Shown: positions 1-11,500 of the stretch, one piece after another
Layout of the letters: each line of letters starts with the position of its first letter
Position numbering within the stretch: position 1 is the stretch's first letter
Source: an uncultured Acidobacteriota bacterium
GTDB taxonomy: Bacteria > Acidobacteriota > Blastocatellia > RBC074
NCBI GenBank assembly: GCA_963796275.1
Contig: CAWCKY010000001.1
Coordinates: 736,001 to 800,000, forward strand
DNA: 64,000 bases
Direction: 5' to 3'
Made by a program: the position numbers and the translations under genes
The notes under the pieces: generated by a model
Database searches by the model: none
The model's input: the letters and a program-made list of their open reading frames with translations, nothing else
What the model was told of the DNA's origin: nothing

Positions 1-2
1 AC

Positions 3-377
3 ATCATCTCGCTTTGCGCGAACCTCCCGCTCGGAATGTGCCTCGACACCGCCCATTCATTTGTCGCCGGTTATGATTGGCGCGATGAGGGCGCCTCGAA
101 ACGCGCCATCACTCTGCTCGGCAAGACCGTCGGGTTCGATCGGGTCAGGGCCGTTCATTTCAATGACTCCAAAGCCCCTTTCGAGTCCAGGGTAGATCGC
201 CACTGGCATATCGGTGAAGGCGAGATTGGCAGCGAAGGCCTCGCACGGGTCATCAACCATCCCAAGCTACGCAATCTGCCCTTCATCCTGGAAACGCCGC
301 AAGACGATAAAATCGACGATCTCAAGAATCTGGCCGCCGCGCGTGCGTTGCTAAAAGATGGTTACTCGGCATGCTAG
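3..377 (+). CDS. nfo: Endonuclease IV (AP endonuclease family 2), 3' part, truncated by the window edge
   Basis: Motifs CLDTAH, HFNDSK..SRVDRH.HIGEG.IG and ILETP; the frame is open from the window start. Confidence 0.92.
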   Translation: MISLCANLPLGMCLDTAHSFVAGYDWRDEGASKRAITLLGKTVGFDRVRAVHFNDSKAPFESRVDRHWHIGEGEIGSEGLARVINHPKLRNLPFILETPQDDKIDDLKNLAAARALLKDGYSAC

Positions 378-479
378 CAGGTATTACGTGGTCGGTTGGT
401 ACCGGTAAATAGGCCCGCTCAACCGATCGCTTATTCGCCGCTGCCGCAAGTGTAAAAATTATCCGGCCCGAATTACATT

Positions 480-1205
480 ATGAAGCCGATTGCTACTTCA
501 TCCATCCTCGGCGTGACCACGGTTGATCCTGGTGAAGACATCGCTGAGAAACGGTTAAAAATCAAACATATCATCCAGAATCTGGAAGCGACCTACGGGA
601 TCCCATTCAATACTGACCCGAGTGATCCGCTCGATGAGCTGGTACTCACCATCCTTTCTCAATCGACGACCGATATCAATAGCCGGCGCGCTTTCGACGC
701 CCTCAAGAAGCGCTTTCGAGATTGGGACACTGTCAGACGCGCGCGACCGGCGAGCATAGCTCTCGCGATCAAATCCGGCGGTTTGGCCAACACTAAATCC
801 GTAGTGATAAAAAATGTGCTTAATCAGATATTGGCGCGCATCGGAAAACTGGACCTATCATTTTTACATCGAGCCCCGATCGATGAGGCGAGGGAGTTTC
901 TCTTATCGCTAAAAGGTATCGGCCCCAAGACGGCCGCGTGCGTCCTTTTGTTCTCCGGCAATCGCCCGGTCTTTCCGATGGATACTCACATCCTTCGTAT
1001 CACCAGACGGCTCGGACTTGTCCCCCAAAAAACCAGCGACCAGGCAGCCCATAAAATTATGGAGTCTCTAATACCCCCAAAGAAACATTATTCCCTCCAT
1101 ATCAACCTAATACGTCACGGACGTAAAATCTGCCGCCCCCGAGACCCTCAATGCGGGGACTGTTCATTGCAAGAACAATGTGAATTTAATCAATTACATC
1201 TGTGA
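480..1205 (+). CDS. nth: Endonuclease III / HhH-GPD DNA glycosylase with 4Fe-4S cluster
   Basis: LSQSTTD, HhH motif LLSLKGIGPKTA, PMDTH, C-terminal C-x6-C-x2-C-x5-C. Confidence 0.9.
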   Translation: MKPIATSSILGVTTVDPGEDIAEKRLKIKHIIQNLEATYGIPFNTDPSDPLDELVLTILSQSTTDINSRRAFDALKKRFRDWDTVRRARPASIALAIKSGGLANTKSVVIKNVLNQILARIGKLDLSFLHRAPIDEAREFLLSLKGIGPKTAACVLLFSGNRPVFPMDTHILRITRRLGLVPQKTSDQAAHKIMESLIPPKKHYSLHINLIRHGRKICRPRDPQCGDCSLQEQCEFNQLHL

Positions 1206-1461
1206 ATTTCACCTGCTATTCTAGAAATGAATTTAGCAAATATTGGGTAGTTGAATTTAATTTGATTGATTATATGTGACTTAAAGTAGATGGATAAAAA
1301 TGATTCATACTGTTTGATCGATTGTACCGTTTCCTATCATCTTTGATATGTGAAACAATGGGTGCGAGGGGTATGGAGCAACTGCCACAATCGATTTATC
1401 TCTGTTATAGCAATAGTTTAGCTATGCGAGTAGGGAAAAATACGGAGTCCGACCCCAGTAG

Positions 1462-1477
1462 TGGTACGGTCATTGCA
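1462..1477 (+). promoter_or_regulatory. Sigma-54 (-24/-12) promoter
   Basis: TGGTACGGTCATTGCA matches TGGYAC-N5-TTGCW, with an AT-rich region upstream (1205-1440). Confidence 0.7.
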
Positions 1478-1487
1478 CTTGGTATAT

Positions 1488-1655
1488 GCCGACAAGCAAT
1501 GCTTCAGCAGTTTAGGTACTCAAATACGGAAGATGTTGGGGGACATCTGCAACTGTCGCGAATGTGATCGTTGTGCCGTATAGAGATAGGATGGCTGCTC
1601 GACTCCGCATAGTTCTTGGGGGAGGCTATACGGAATTGAGCAGCCATTCTAGCAT
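1488..1655 (+). ncRNA. Candidate structured RNA (sRNA or 5' leader) with two TTGGGGGA hairpin loops
   Basis: Hairpin AGATGT-TGGGGG-ACATCT (1531-1548) inside a junction closed by ATACGG/CCGTAT (1524-1529/1576-1581); long hairpin 1587-1651; begins about 12 nt after the sigma-54 -12 GC. Confidence 0.5.
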
Positions 1656-1787
1656 TTCAGCCCACGTTTTCAGCGCAACCAATATTTCACGATCACTTAC
1701 ATATACGACTAATTTTTCGGCCAAGCCGGTAATTTTCCCATCTAAGGTTCTGTATATCTTAAAACCAACAGATGCTTGGAGGAGATA

Positions 1788-3560
1788 ATGGTGAGACGAT
1801 TAATGAAGTATTGCTCATTACTACTGGCTTTCAGTCTTTCCTCACCCCTGGGTCTCGCTCAGGAGATGAATCAAAAGAGCAAAAAGACGGTTGCCAAATC
1901 CAGTCTGAAGAATTTAACAGAAGAACAGAAGGCGGGTCACCTGATCGACCGCATCACATTTGGGCCTCGCCCCGGCGACCTTGAGCGGGTGATGAAGATC
2001 GGTTGGAAAAAATATCTGGAAGATCAGCTCAATCCCGATCGCATATCCGACAAGGTAGTCGAAGAGAAGTTAAAATCTCTAGATAGCGTTCATATGAGCA
2101 ATCGTGAATTGGCGCAGAACTACGTCCGGCCTCAAGTAGTTAGAAAAGCGCTCAAGTCGCGGGGAATGGATTTGCCCGGCAATGGTGGTGCAGCGGAAGC
2201 AAACGGGGCAAATGGGGTAACCGAGGCAACCCAGAATCCGCAGCAGATGGAAGCAGATGTCAGGGACAAACGCCGCGAGGCTATGAAGGTCCTGGCTGAG
2301 ATGGGATACAAGCCGCAACAACAGGTCGTACTGGAGTTGCAGCAGGCTAAGATACTGCGAGCGGTATACAGCGAGAGACAGCTTCAGTCGGTGATGACAG
2401 ATTTCTGGCTTAACCACTTCAACGTCTACATTCAAAAGGGGCCTGTTCGTATACTCGCGACGTCATATGAGCGGGACGTCATCAGTCCGCGCGTATTCGG
2501 CAAGTTCGAAGACCTGCTGCGCGCTACGGCTGAAAGCCCGGCTATGCTCTTTTACCTCGATAATTGGCTGAGCGCCATGCCGAATGCGAAGATGCAGGAG
2601 CGTAATCTTCGGCGGCAGGGTATGGTCAACAATAAAGGCAAAATTCCCAAACGAATTCGGAACGGGCTGAACGAGAACTATGCTCGCGAGATAATGGAAT
2701 TGCATACGCTAGGCGTGGACGGAGGATATACGCAGAAGGATGTGCAGGAAGTCGCGCGCTGTTTCACCGGCTGGACGCTCCGCACCCCGCGCGCTGGCGG
2801 CGAATTCTTCTTCAATCCGAATATCCACGATGATGGTGAGAAGGTAGTGCTGGGCCAGAAGATTCCGGCCGGAGGCGGCATGAAAGACGGAGAGGCCGTG
2901 ATCGAGCTGCTTGCGCATCATCCATCGACTGCTAAATTTATCTCGACCAAGCTTGCGCGCAAGTTCGTATCGGACAATCCGCCTCGCTCACTGGTCGACA
3001 TGATGGCGAAAACCTTCTTGAAGACGGATGGGGACATTCGCGAAGTATTGCGCGCGATGTTCAATTCACAGGAGTTCTGGGCGCCGGAGAACTATCGCAC
3101 CAAGATCAAAACCCCGTTTGAAATGACCGTCAGTGCTGTGCGGGTGCTGCACGGAGATACCAATGGGAATCAGCCTTTCCATCGCTGGATGAGACAGATG
3201 GGCGAGGGACTATTTTTAGCCCAGCCGCCCACCGGTTATCCGGACACTTCGGAGCATTGGGTCAATACCGGCGCTCTGCTAGAACGTATGAATTTCGCAC
3301 TGGCCTTGAGCGCCAATAAAATTCCGGGGACCCGCGTCGATCTGGCAGCCCTCGACGGGGGAGGCTCCACGGCGGGGTCTGCAGAAATCGTCGATCGTTA
3401 TGTTAAGCTTTTATTGAGAGGTGAAATATCGCCGCAATCGCGTGCAACGATCGATAAGGCGCTGAGCGAACAGAAGGTCGCTGTCGGCAATCAACCTGGG
3501 GTTGATGTCGCCCGAATAGCCGGTCTGATCCTCGGCTCACCCGAATTTCAAAGGCAGTGA
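1788..3560 (+). CDS. DUF1800 family protein with signal peptide
   Basis: HLIDRITFG, DFWLNHFNV, AMLFYLDN, NENYAREIMELHTLGV, GSPEFQRQ; GGAGGAG RBS before ATG 1788. Confidence 0.92.
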   Translation: MVRRLMKYCSLLLAFSLSSPLGLAQEMNQKSKKTVAKSSLKNLTEEQKAGHLIDRITFGPRPGDLERVMKIGWKKYLEDQLNPDRISDKVVEEKLKSLDSVHMSNRELAQNYVRPQVVRKALKSRGMDLPGNGGAAEANGANGVTEATQNPQQMEADVRDKRREAMKVLAEMGYKPQQQVVLELQQAKILRAVYSERQLQSVMTDFWLNHFNVYIQKGPVRILATSYERDVISPRVFGKFEDLLRATAESPAMLFYLDNWLSAMPNAKMQERNLRRQGMVNNKGKIPKRIRNGLNENYAREIMELHTLGVDGGYTQKDVQEVARCFTGWTLRTPRAGGEFFFNPNIHDDGEKVVLGQKIPAGGGMKDGEAVIELLAHHPSTAKFISTKLARKFVSDNPPRSLVDMMAKTFLKTDGDIREVLRAMFNSQEFWAPENYRTKIKTPFEMTVSAVRVLHGDTNGNQPFHRWMRQMGEGLFLAQPPTGYPDTSEHWVNTGALLERMNFALALSANKIPGTRVDLAALDGGGSTAGSAEIVDRYVKLLLRGEISPQSRATIDKALSEQKVAVGNQPGVDVARIAGLILGSPEFQRQ

Positions 3561-3577
3561 AAAGCAGGGGGGAAGTT

Positions 3578-4849
<1,272 letters not shown>

Positions 4850-4865
4850 GCGAATACTGAATAAG

Positions 4866-4920
4866 AAACAAAGGCAAAGGAGCAAAGGCAACCAATATCC
4901 TTTCCTCTTTTGCCTTTTTG
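4866..4920. repeat. Degenerate palindromic A-rich/T-rich repeat between convergent genes; possible bidirectional terminator
   Basis: AAAGGCAAAGGAGCAAAGG arm facing CCTTTCCTCTTTTGCCTTTT arm. Confidence 0.5.
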
Positions 4921-4925
4921 TATCT

Positions 4926-5906
4926 CTATAAACTGATATTCATTGCCTTCAGCAACCCTCGTCTGAACTCCAAAGCCCGTTGTTGACGATTCGCCGGATA
5001 TTTCTCGAGCGCCATTAGTATCTCCGCCTCGAGGACGATGTTTACCTTGGGATTCAGTGAGCGCAGTGAGGGTGGTCGTGAATTGAGCAGTTTCACTCCG
5101 AAATCGCCGATGTTCATTGCTGTGAACGGCGGCTGGCCTCCCAGCATCTCATATGCGATAACTCCGAGGCTGTAAATATCGGAACGCAAATCTACATCCT
5201 CTCCGCGAAACTGTTCCGGGCTGATATAGGTGGGCCGTGTCGGCATATGGCCCTTGCCCTGCAGTTTTGCCGTCATGCCCGGAACGAATGGTATTCCGGC
5301 TGCGATTTTGCTGACGCTGAAATCGACAATCTTGACGATCGGCATCGCCTGGTCAGTGGATGGAACGAGGATGATGCTTTCAGGTTTGAGGTCGCGATGA
5401 ACCAGGCCGCGCTCGTGTGCTGCGTGGAGCGCTTCGCAGACATTGGCGATTATTGCGATACCGTCTTTGACATCGAAAATGCGGGCTCGTTTCATCTCGC
5501 TGCGAAGTGAAGTCCCTTTTACATACTCGCTCACGACAAATGCGCTCGCATCGAATATCACTCCGAAATCATAAACGTCGCCGATTTGAGGGTGCTTGAA
5601 ATTGACCGCTATCTGCGCCTCGATGCGAAACCGGTCCTGAGCGCGCGGATCGGCCAGTGTGCTGGCGCGTATAATTTTTACGGCGACTTCCTTGCCGATT
5701 TTCATGTCGGTCGCAGCGAAGACTATCCCCATCGTTCCATGGCTGATGACCCGTTCTAGCCTGTAACGATGGTTGATTATGTAGGGAACCGTTTCGACGC
5801 TAATCAGTTCAACCAGACAATCGGCGCAGAACTGAACATTTGGAGGGTAACAGCGTTTGCACGAAACACACTCGGATACAATTTCAATCGGATCGTAAGC
5901 CGGCAT
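4926..5906 (-). CDS. Hanks-type Ser/Thr kinase-like protein with N-terminal zinc ribbon and degenerate catalytic motifs
   Basis: CVSC...CADC; VAVK; HRDLKPES; DFS; YISPEQ; SDIYSLG; AGGAGA RBS before ATG 5906. Confidence 0.85.
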   Translation of the reverse strand: MPAYDPIEIVSECVSCKRCYPPNVQFCADCLVELISVETVPYIINHRYRLERVISHGTMGIVFAATDMKIGKEVAVKIIRASTLADPRAQDRFRIEAQIAVNFKHPQIGDVYDFGVIFDASAFVVSEYVKGTSLRSEMKRARIFDVKDGIAIIANVCEALHAAHERGLVHRDLKPESIILVPSTDQAMPIVKIVDFSVSKIAAGIPFVPGMTAKLQGKGHMPTRPTYISPEQFRGEDVDLRSDIYSLGVIAYEMLGGQPPFTAMNIGDFGVKLLNSRPPSLRSLNPKVNIVLEAEILMALEKYPANRQQRALEFRRGLLKAMNISL

Positions 5907-6093
5907 TGCTCTCTCTCCTGAATTGGGGACCCCGCGGAGATTATCACAATTACCATACCACTGTGCAGGCTTGTGATGCCTTGCTGTCGAGGCTAGAATC
6001 ACGGCGATTTTAATCAGTAGTGCGAATCTGGATCAGCGGGCAACTCAATCGAGATCGCTTGCCACCGCATGAGTTACTGATTTAGCAAATAGT

Positions 6094-6116
6094 CCCATAA
6101 CCCATAACCCATAACC
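6094..6116 (+). repeat. Heptamer tandem repeat (CCCATAA)x3 just upstream of an RBS
   Basis: cccataa cccataa cccataa cc, read directly. Confidence 0.8.
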
Positions 6117-6127
6117 AGGAGAGATCA

Positions 6128-7003
6128 ATGACTGCTTGGACGAGGAGAGAATGGAATAAGCTTGCGCTCAGCTCGATGGCCGCTCTATTACTTCCAGTCG
6201 AAAGTCTGGCTGCGGATAAGCCCAATTCGATAGTCAAGGGTGTTCAGATAGGAGTTCAGAGCTACAGTTTTCGCGACCGCTCGCTCGATGAGGCGATCCA
6301 AGCGATGGTCGAAATCGGATTGAGCAGTTGCGAACTGTGGAGCGGTCACGTTGAACCCAAAGATTTGAAGCGCGAAGAGCGCCGCGACTGGCGATTATCG
6401 ACCCCAATCGGCGAATTCACAAAAATCGGAGAAAAGTTCAAGAATGCCGGTATAACTCTTTATGCTTACAACTACAGCTTCAAAGACGATTTCACCGACG
6501 AAGAGATCAAGCGCGGATTCGAAATAGCAAAAGCGATGGGCGCACGAGTGATCACCGCTTCTGCCAATGTCAATACCGCCAAGCGGATCGACGTTTACGC
6601 CAGGCAATTCAAGATGAAGGTCGGAATGCATAACCACTCAAATATAAAAGACAATGAATTCGCGACAGCCGAAGATTTCGCCAGAGCGATGGATGGCAAT
6701 TCCGAATATATTTGCATTAATCTCGATATCGGCCATTTCACAGCGGCAAATTTCGATGCCGTCGAGTATCTGCAAAAGCATCACTCCCGCATCGTCACAT
6801 TGCACATCAAGGACCGCAAGCGCGCCCAGGGCGATAACGTCCCCCTGGGCGAAGGCGATACACCGATTAAGCCGGTGCTCGAGTTATTGCAAAAGAACAA
6901 ATGGAAGATACCGGCCAACATCGAATATGAATACGGAGGCTCTGACACCGTGGCCGAGGTTAAAAAGTGTTTCGAGTTTTGTAAGCAAGCATTGGGAGCC
7001 TGA
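6128..7003 (+). CDS. Tat-exported sugar phosphate isomerase/epimerase (TIM barrel)
   Basis: TRREW Tat-like motif, GVQSYSFRD, HNH, LDIGH, HIKD, IEYE. Confidence 0.85.
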   Translation: MTAWTRREWNKLALSSMAALLLPVESLAADKPNSIVKGVQIGVQSYSFRDRSLDEAIQAMVEIGLSSCELWSGHVEPKDLKREERRDWRLSTPIGEFTKIGEKFKNAGITLYAYNYSFKDDFTDEEIKRGFEIAKAMGARVITASANVNTAKRIDVYARQFKMKVGMHNHSNIKDNEFATAEDFARAMDGNSEYICINLDIGHFTAANFDAVEYLQKHHSRIVTLHIKDRKRAQGDNVPLGEGDTPIKPVLELLQKNKWKIPANIEYEYGGSDTVAEVKKCFEFCKQALGA

Positions 7004-7108
7004 AGCTGGAATAGGGGGAAACAAGAAAGGCAAATATAGCAAGAATGATAAGAGAATGTTGGTAACCTTGGATCTCGAGGGCCTGTCAATACCCAATATT
7101 TTTCGGTT

Positions 7109-7189
7109 TGCGCCGGAGGCGCAGCGGGATATTAGCCGGTGGTTCCGCGCGCTTCACCACCGGCTATATCCACCGCCCTTACCAGGGCG
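7109..7189. repeat. Composite REP-like palindromic element
   Basis: TGCGCC-gga-GGCGCA, TAGCCGGTGGT/ACCACCGGCTA arms (7133-7143/7156-7166) and CGCCCT-tacc-AGGGCG, between convergent genes. Confidence 0.65.
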
Positions 7190-7385
7190 AAAAAGGATGA
7201 TCGCGAATCGCAAAAGATCTGGGTAATGACAATCTCTCGAGGGGAAGGGTTTCAGAATACTGTGTCCACAAAGTTTTTGATGGCGTGATAGTCTCAAAAT
7301 CTTTTTTGCCTTTTTTGTTTCTTTGCCTATCGCTAATCAAACCAGACGAGATCGGGACACCAATGTTCGTCGTTTCGGATTAGCA

Positions 7386-8336
7386 TCACGTGTTCTCGTT
7401 TTTCCCCTTCCTGTGCATCGCTGCTCTCGCATTTCGTTTCAGCCCCGCCAATTTCGCGCGCTTGATCGCGCTCTTGCGGAAGCGGGTGGAGAACTCTTCC
7501 TCTCTCATCTCGACGATTTCTTGAAGCCCCAGCGTCGGAAGGCCCGGACGCGGCATGAATCGCTCTTCCTCCGACATTTTGGAAAAGCGCGACCACGGGC
7601 AGACATCCTGGCAGATATCGCAGCCGAATACCCAATTCCCAAGGTTTGATTCGATAGTTTCGGGAAGGCTCTCTTCACGCAATTCGATAGTGCCGTAAGA
7701 GAGGCAACGCGTCGCGTCAAGCTGGTAGGGCTCAATGATGGCTTGCGTAGGACAAGCGTCAATACAAGCCCTGCATTTGCCGCAATGGTCGGCTTCCAAG
7801 TAATTGTCATAATCCAGTTCGAGTGACAGCAACAATTCGCCTAGGAACACCCAGGAACCGAACTCTTTAGTTATCAAATTTGTATGCTTGCCGATCCAAC
7901 CCATTCCGGCGCGCGCGGCCCACGCTTTGTCCATCATCGGCGAGGTGTCGACGCAGATTTTTCCCTCGACGTCAGGCCGTTCCTCTCGTATCCATGCGAG
8001 CAGGGCTTTCAATTTGTCACGCAGTACATCGTGATAATCGTCACCCCAGGCATAGCGCGAGATCTTTCCGGCCTCCGGTGAATCGAGGTGGGTCTCGGGC
8101 CGAAAGTAATTGAGCGCAACGCAGACGACCGATTTTGCGGATGGCATCAGCAGACGTGGATCGCTGCGTTGTTGAGGATTGCGTGCCATGTAGTCCATCT
8201 GCCCGTGGAACCCGCGTGCCAGCCATTCGCGCAGATTTTCGCCTTCCGCCGTTAAAGCGTCAGCCGGCACGATGCCTGCCTTATTGAAGCCCAGCGAATA
8301 GGCTTTTTGTTTTATTCCTTCTGAGTTCAATATCAA
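7386..8336 (-). CDS. queG: Epoxyqueuosine reductase
   Basis: ISRYAWGDDYH, GWIGKHT, GSWVFLGE, CGKCRACIDACPT, FGCDICQDVCPW. Confidence 0.95.
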   Translation of the reverse strand: MILNSEGIKQKAYSLGFNKAGIVPADALTAEGENLREWLARGFHGQMDYMARNPQQRSDPRLLMPSAKSVVCVALNYFRPETHLDSPEAGKISRYAWGDDYHDVLRDKLKALLAWIREERPDVEGKICVDTSPMMDKAWAARAGMGWIGKHTNLITKEFGSWVFLGELLLSLELDYDNYLEADHCGKCRACIDACPTQAIIEPYQLDATRCLSYGTIELREESLPETIESNLGNWVFGCDICQDVCPWSRFSKMSEEERFMPRPGLPTLGLQEIVEMREEEFSTRFRKSAIKRAKLAGLKRNARAAMHRKGKNENT

Positions 8337-8526
8337 TTACCAGGCGAATTACCTGTGACGATCTGTCGGGTAACCTGCTTTTCATCTCCGACATATCAAA
8401 TTTACTTTAATTCATAAACAGCCAAACTTTTTTGCCAGCTTCCATTTTACATCTCATCTATAGCAGCTTAACATCTCTCAGCCTTTTAACGGCCGCCGTC
8501 CCCACGAATAAAAAAAGGATAGAGAA

Positions 8527-11500
8527 ATGGCTATTGTTTTCCACCGTTCGTCCTCTGCGCGATTGCGCTATCAGATTGCCGTAATAATCGCCCTGCTTCT
8601 TTCACTGATGGGTGTTGACTACATCTCGTCGCCGCCAAAAGTGCAAGGATTGTCAACCGGCATTGTCATCAGCCAGGTCTACGGCGGCGGCGGTAATAGC
8701 GGCGCTACATTTACCCATGATTTCATTGAGTTATACAACCGCGGCGCCTCTCCCATTAATATCAATGGCTGGTCGGTCCAATATGCGTCGGCGGCGGGAA
8801 CTTCATGGCAGGTTACGCCGTTGACCGATGTCACCATCCAACCGGGGCAATATTATCTGATACAGCAGGCACAGGGAGTAGGCGGCGCTGTCGGCTTACC
8901 GGTGCCCGATGCAACTGGAACGATAGCTATGAGCGCGACAGCCGGGAAGGTTGCATTGGTCAACAATGCAACCGCGCTGAGCGGGAGCGGGTGTCCCTTC
9001 GGCAGCAGCGTCGTCGATTTCGCAGGATATGGCACAACCGCCATTTGCTTCGAGGGAAGTGGGCCGACCGCCGCTCTGACCAATACGACGGCGGCTATCA
9101 GAGGCGCGAACAGTTGCGCGGAGACTGACAATAATGATGTCGATTTCTCGACTGGATCTCCGACGCCGCGCAATACTGCTTCACCGGTCATACCTTGCGG
9201 AGGCTCGGCCAATCCGGTTGGAACAGGAGCGGCAAACCCGAACCCGGTTCTTCAAGCGAGTTCAACGCTTCTTACGGTTGCCGTGATATCCGGATTCAAT
9301 CCCCCGAGCACTGGAATCGCGGTCACCGGCGACCTCGCTACAATCGGAGGGTTGTCGATGCAGACATTCTTCGACGATGGGACGAACGGGGATGCAACAG
9401 CGGGCGACCTGTTGTTCTCGTTTCGCGCCACTGTCCAGGGCATTACTGCTCCCGGGTTGAAAGTTTTGCCTATAACCATCAGCGATGCGCAATCGCGGAC
9501 CGGTATGGCTTCGATTTCGCTTAGCGTTCAGGGGCCGGCGCAGGTAGTCATCAGCCAGGTTTATGGCGGCGGTGGTAATAGCGGCGCTACACTCACCAAT
9601 GATTTCATAGAGATATTCAACCGGGGCATGTCATCTGTCGATCTAACCGGCTGGTCGCTTCAATTCACTACGGCCACCGGAGCAGGCACTTGGCAGGTTA
9701 CCCCTCTCACCGGGATAATCGCGCCGGGTCAATATTATCTGGTGCAGGAAGCTGCGGGGGCGGGAGGAACGACGGGATTACCCGCACCGGATGCCATCGG
9801 AACGATACCCGTTGGCTCGACGGCCGGCAAGGTAGCTCTGGTCAACAGTACAACGGCCCTGACTGGCAGCGGGTGCCCGTTCAACGCGAGTGTTGTCGAT
9901 TTTATCGGATATGGCAGTACGAGTTGCTCCGAGAGTGGAAGCCCCGCGCCGGAGTTGACCAACACCACCGCTGCGCTGCGCGCGCGCCGAGGATGCCGCG
10001 ATACGAATAACAACCTGGTGGACTTTTCCTCAAGCATGCCTAATCCGCGAAATAGCGCATCCCCGGTTAACGATTGCTCGCTGGCTCCGCCCCTGTTCGC
10101 TATTCATGCGATACAAGGCGCAGGGGCGGGCAGCCCCTTGGCCGGCCAGGAGATAACGGCGACTGGAATCGTTACCGCGCGCAAGTCCAACGGCTTTTTT
10201 ATGCAAACGGCGGATGCTGAGGCTGACTCCAACCCCAATACATCACAAGGTATCTTCGTATTCACCTCGGGAACGCCGGCAGTCGCGGTTGGCGATTCCG
10301 TATCGGTTGTGGGAACCGCGACAGAATTCTTCAATCTGACCCAAATCAGCAGCTCAAACCTGGACGTGACGGTCATTTCGCGTATGAATGAACTGCCGCA
10401 GCCCATTATATTCACGACTTCTATATTGAACCCATCCGGGCCGCTCGATCAGATCGAGAGATTTGAGGGTATGCGAATTTCCGCTCCCTCGCTCGTCTCG
10501 ATCACGCCGACCAATGCTTTCGGAGAGATATTCACAGTGCTCAGCGGCGTCCCTCGTCCGTTGCGTGAGCCCGGCATCGATATATCACTTTCGCTGCCTG
10601 CCGGCTCCCCCTGTTGTATACCTCGGTTTGATGAAAACCCGCAGCGATTGATGGTCGATACCGAAGGGCAGATCGGGATGACGCCTCTCGTGGTAACTTC
10701 GGGCGTGACTTTGACAGGTGTCACGGGGCCGCTCGACTTCGCATTCGGCGATTACAAAGTATTGCCCGATGAGACGCCGATCGTCACAGCTAACCTCAGT
10801 GCCATTCCCGTGCCCATCCCCAGCAACAACGAATTCACGGTCGGTTCAACCAACCTGCTCAATTTCTTTTCAACCAATTCGAATTTTGCGCTCCGATTGA
10901 ATAAAGCCTCGCTCGCTATCCGCAATGTGATGCGTTCCCCCGACATCATAGGAGTCGAGGAGATAGGGGATATCGAGACCCTGACCGCCCTGGCGGACAA
11001 GATCAACGCCGATACGGTAGCGGCGGGCGGGATTGATCCTAATTACCGGGCATATTTGCTTGAAGGCGTTGATTTGTTCTCGGATGACATCGACGTCGGG
11101 TTCCTGGTTAAATCGACGAGGGTCGACGTCGTGAGTGTAATGCAGGAGGGCAAGGGCCTGACATTCACCGATCCGACGGAAGGTGATGAGGACACTCTGT
11201 TCGAGCGGCCGCCCTTGATTTTACGCGCAAACGTGAGATCACCCGGAGGTTCTCTTTTCCCGGTTACGGTGATCGTCAATCATATGCAATCTTTGATCGG
11301 TGTCGATGATCCGGTGGAAGGACCGCGGCAGCGGTTGAAGAGGAAGTTGCAGGCGGAGTTCACTGCAGACCTGGCACAGAGCCTGCAGGGCGAGAACCTC
11401 GTGCTGATCGGTGATTTCAATTCGTTCCAATTCAACGATGGTTATGTTGATGTGCTCGGTACGATCAAAGGGATGCCGGCGCCATCCGATCAGGTGTTGC

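Noticed and set aside
5944-5960. Sigma-54 promoter for the kinase-like gene (minus strand TGGTATGGTAATTGTG)
   Set aside because: The -12 element is GT rather than the nearly invariant GC
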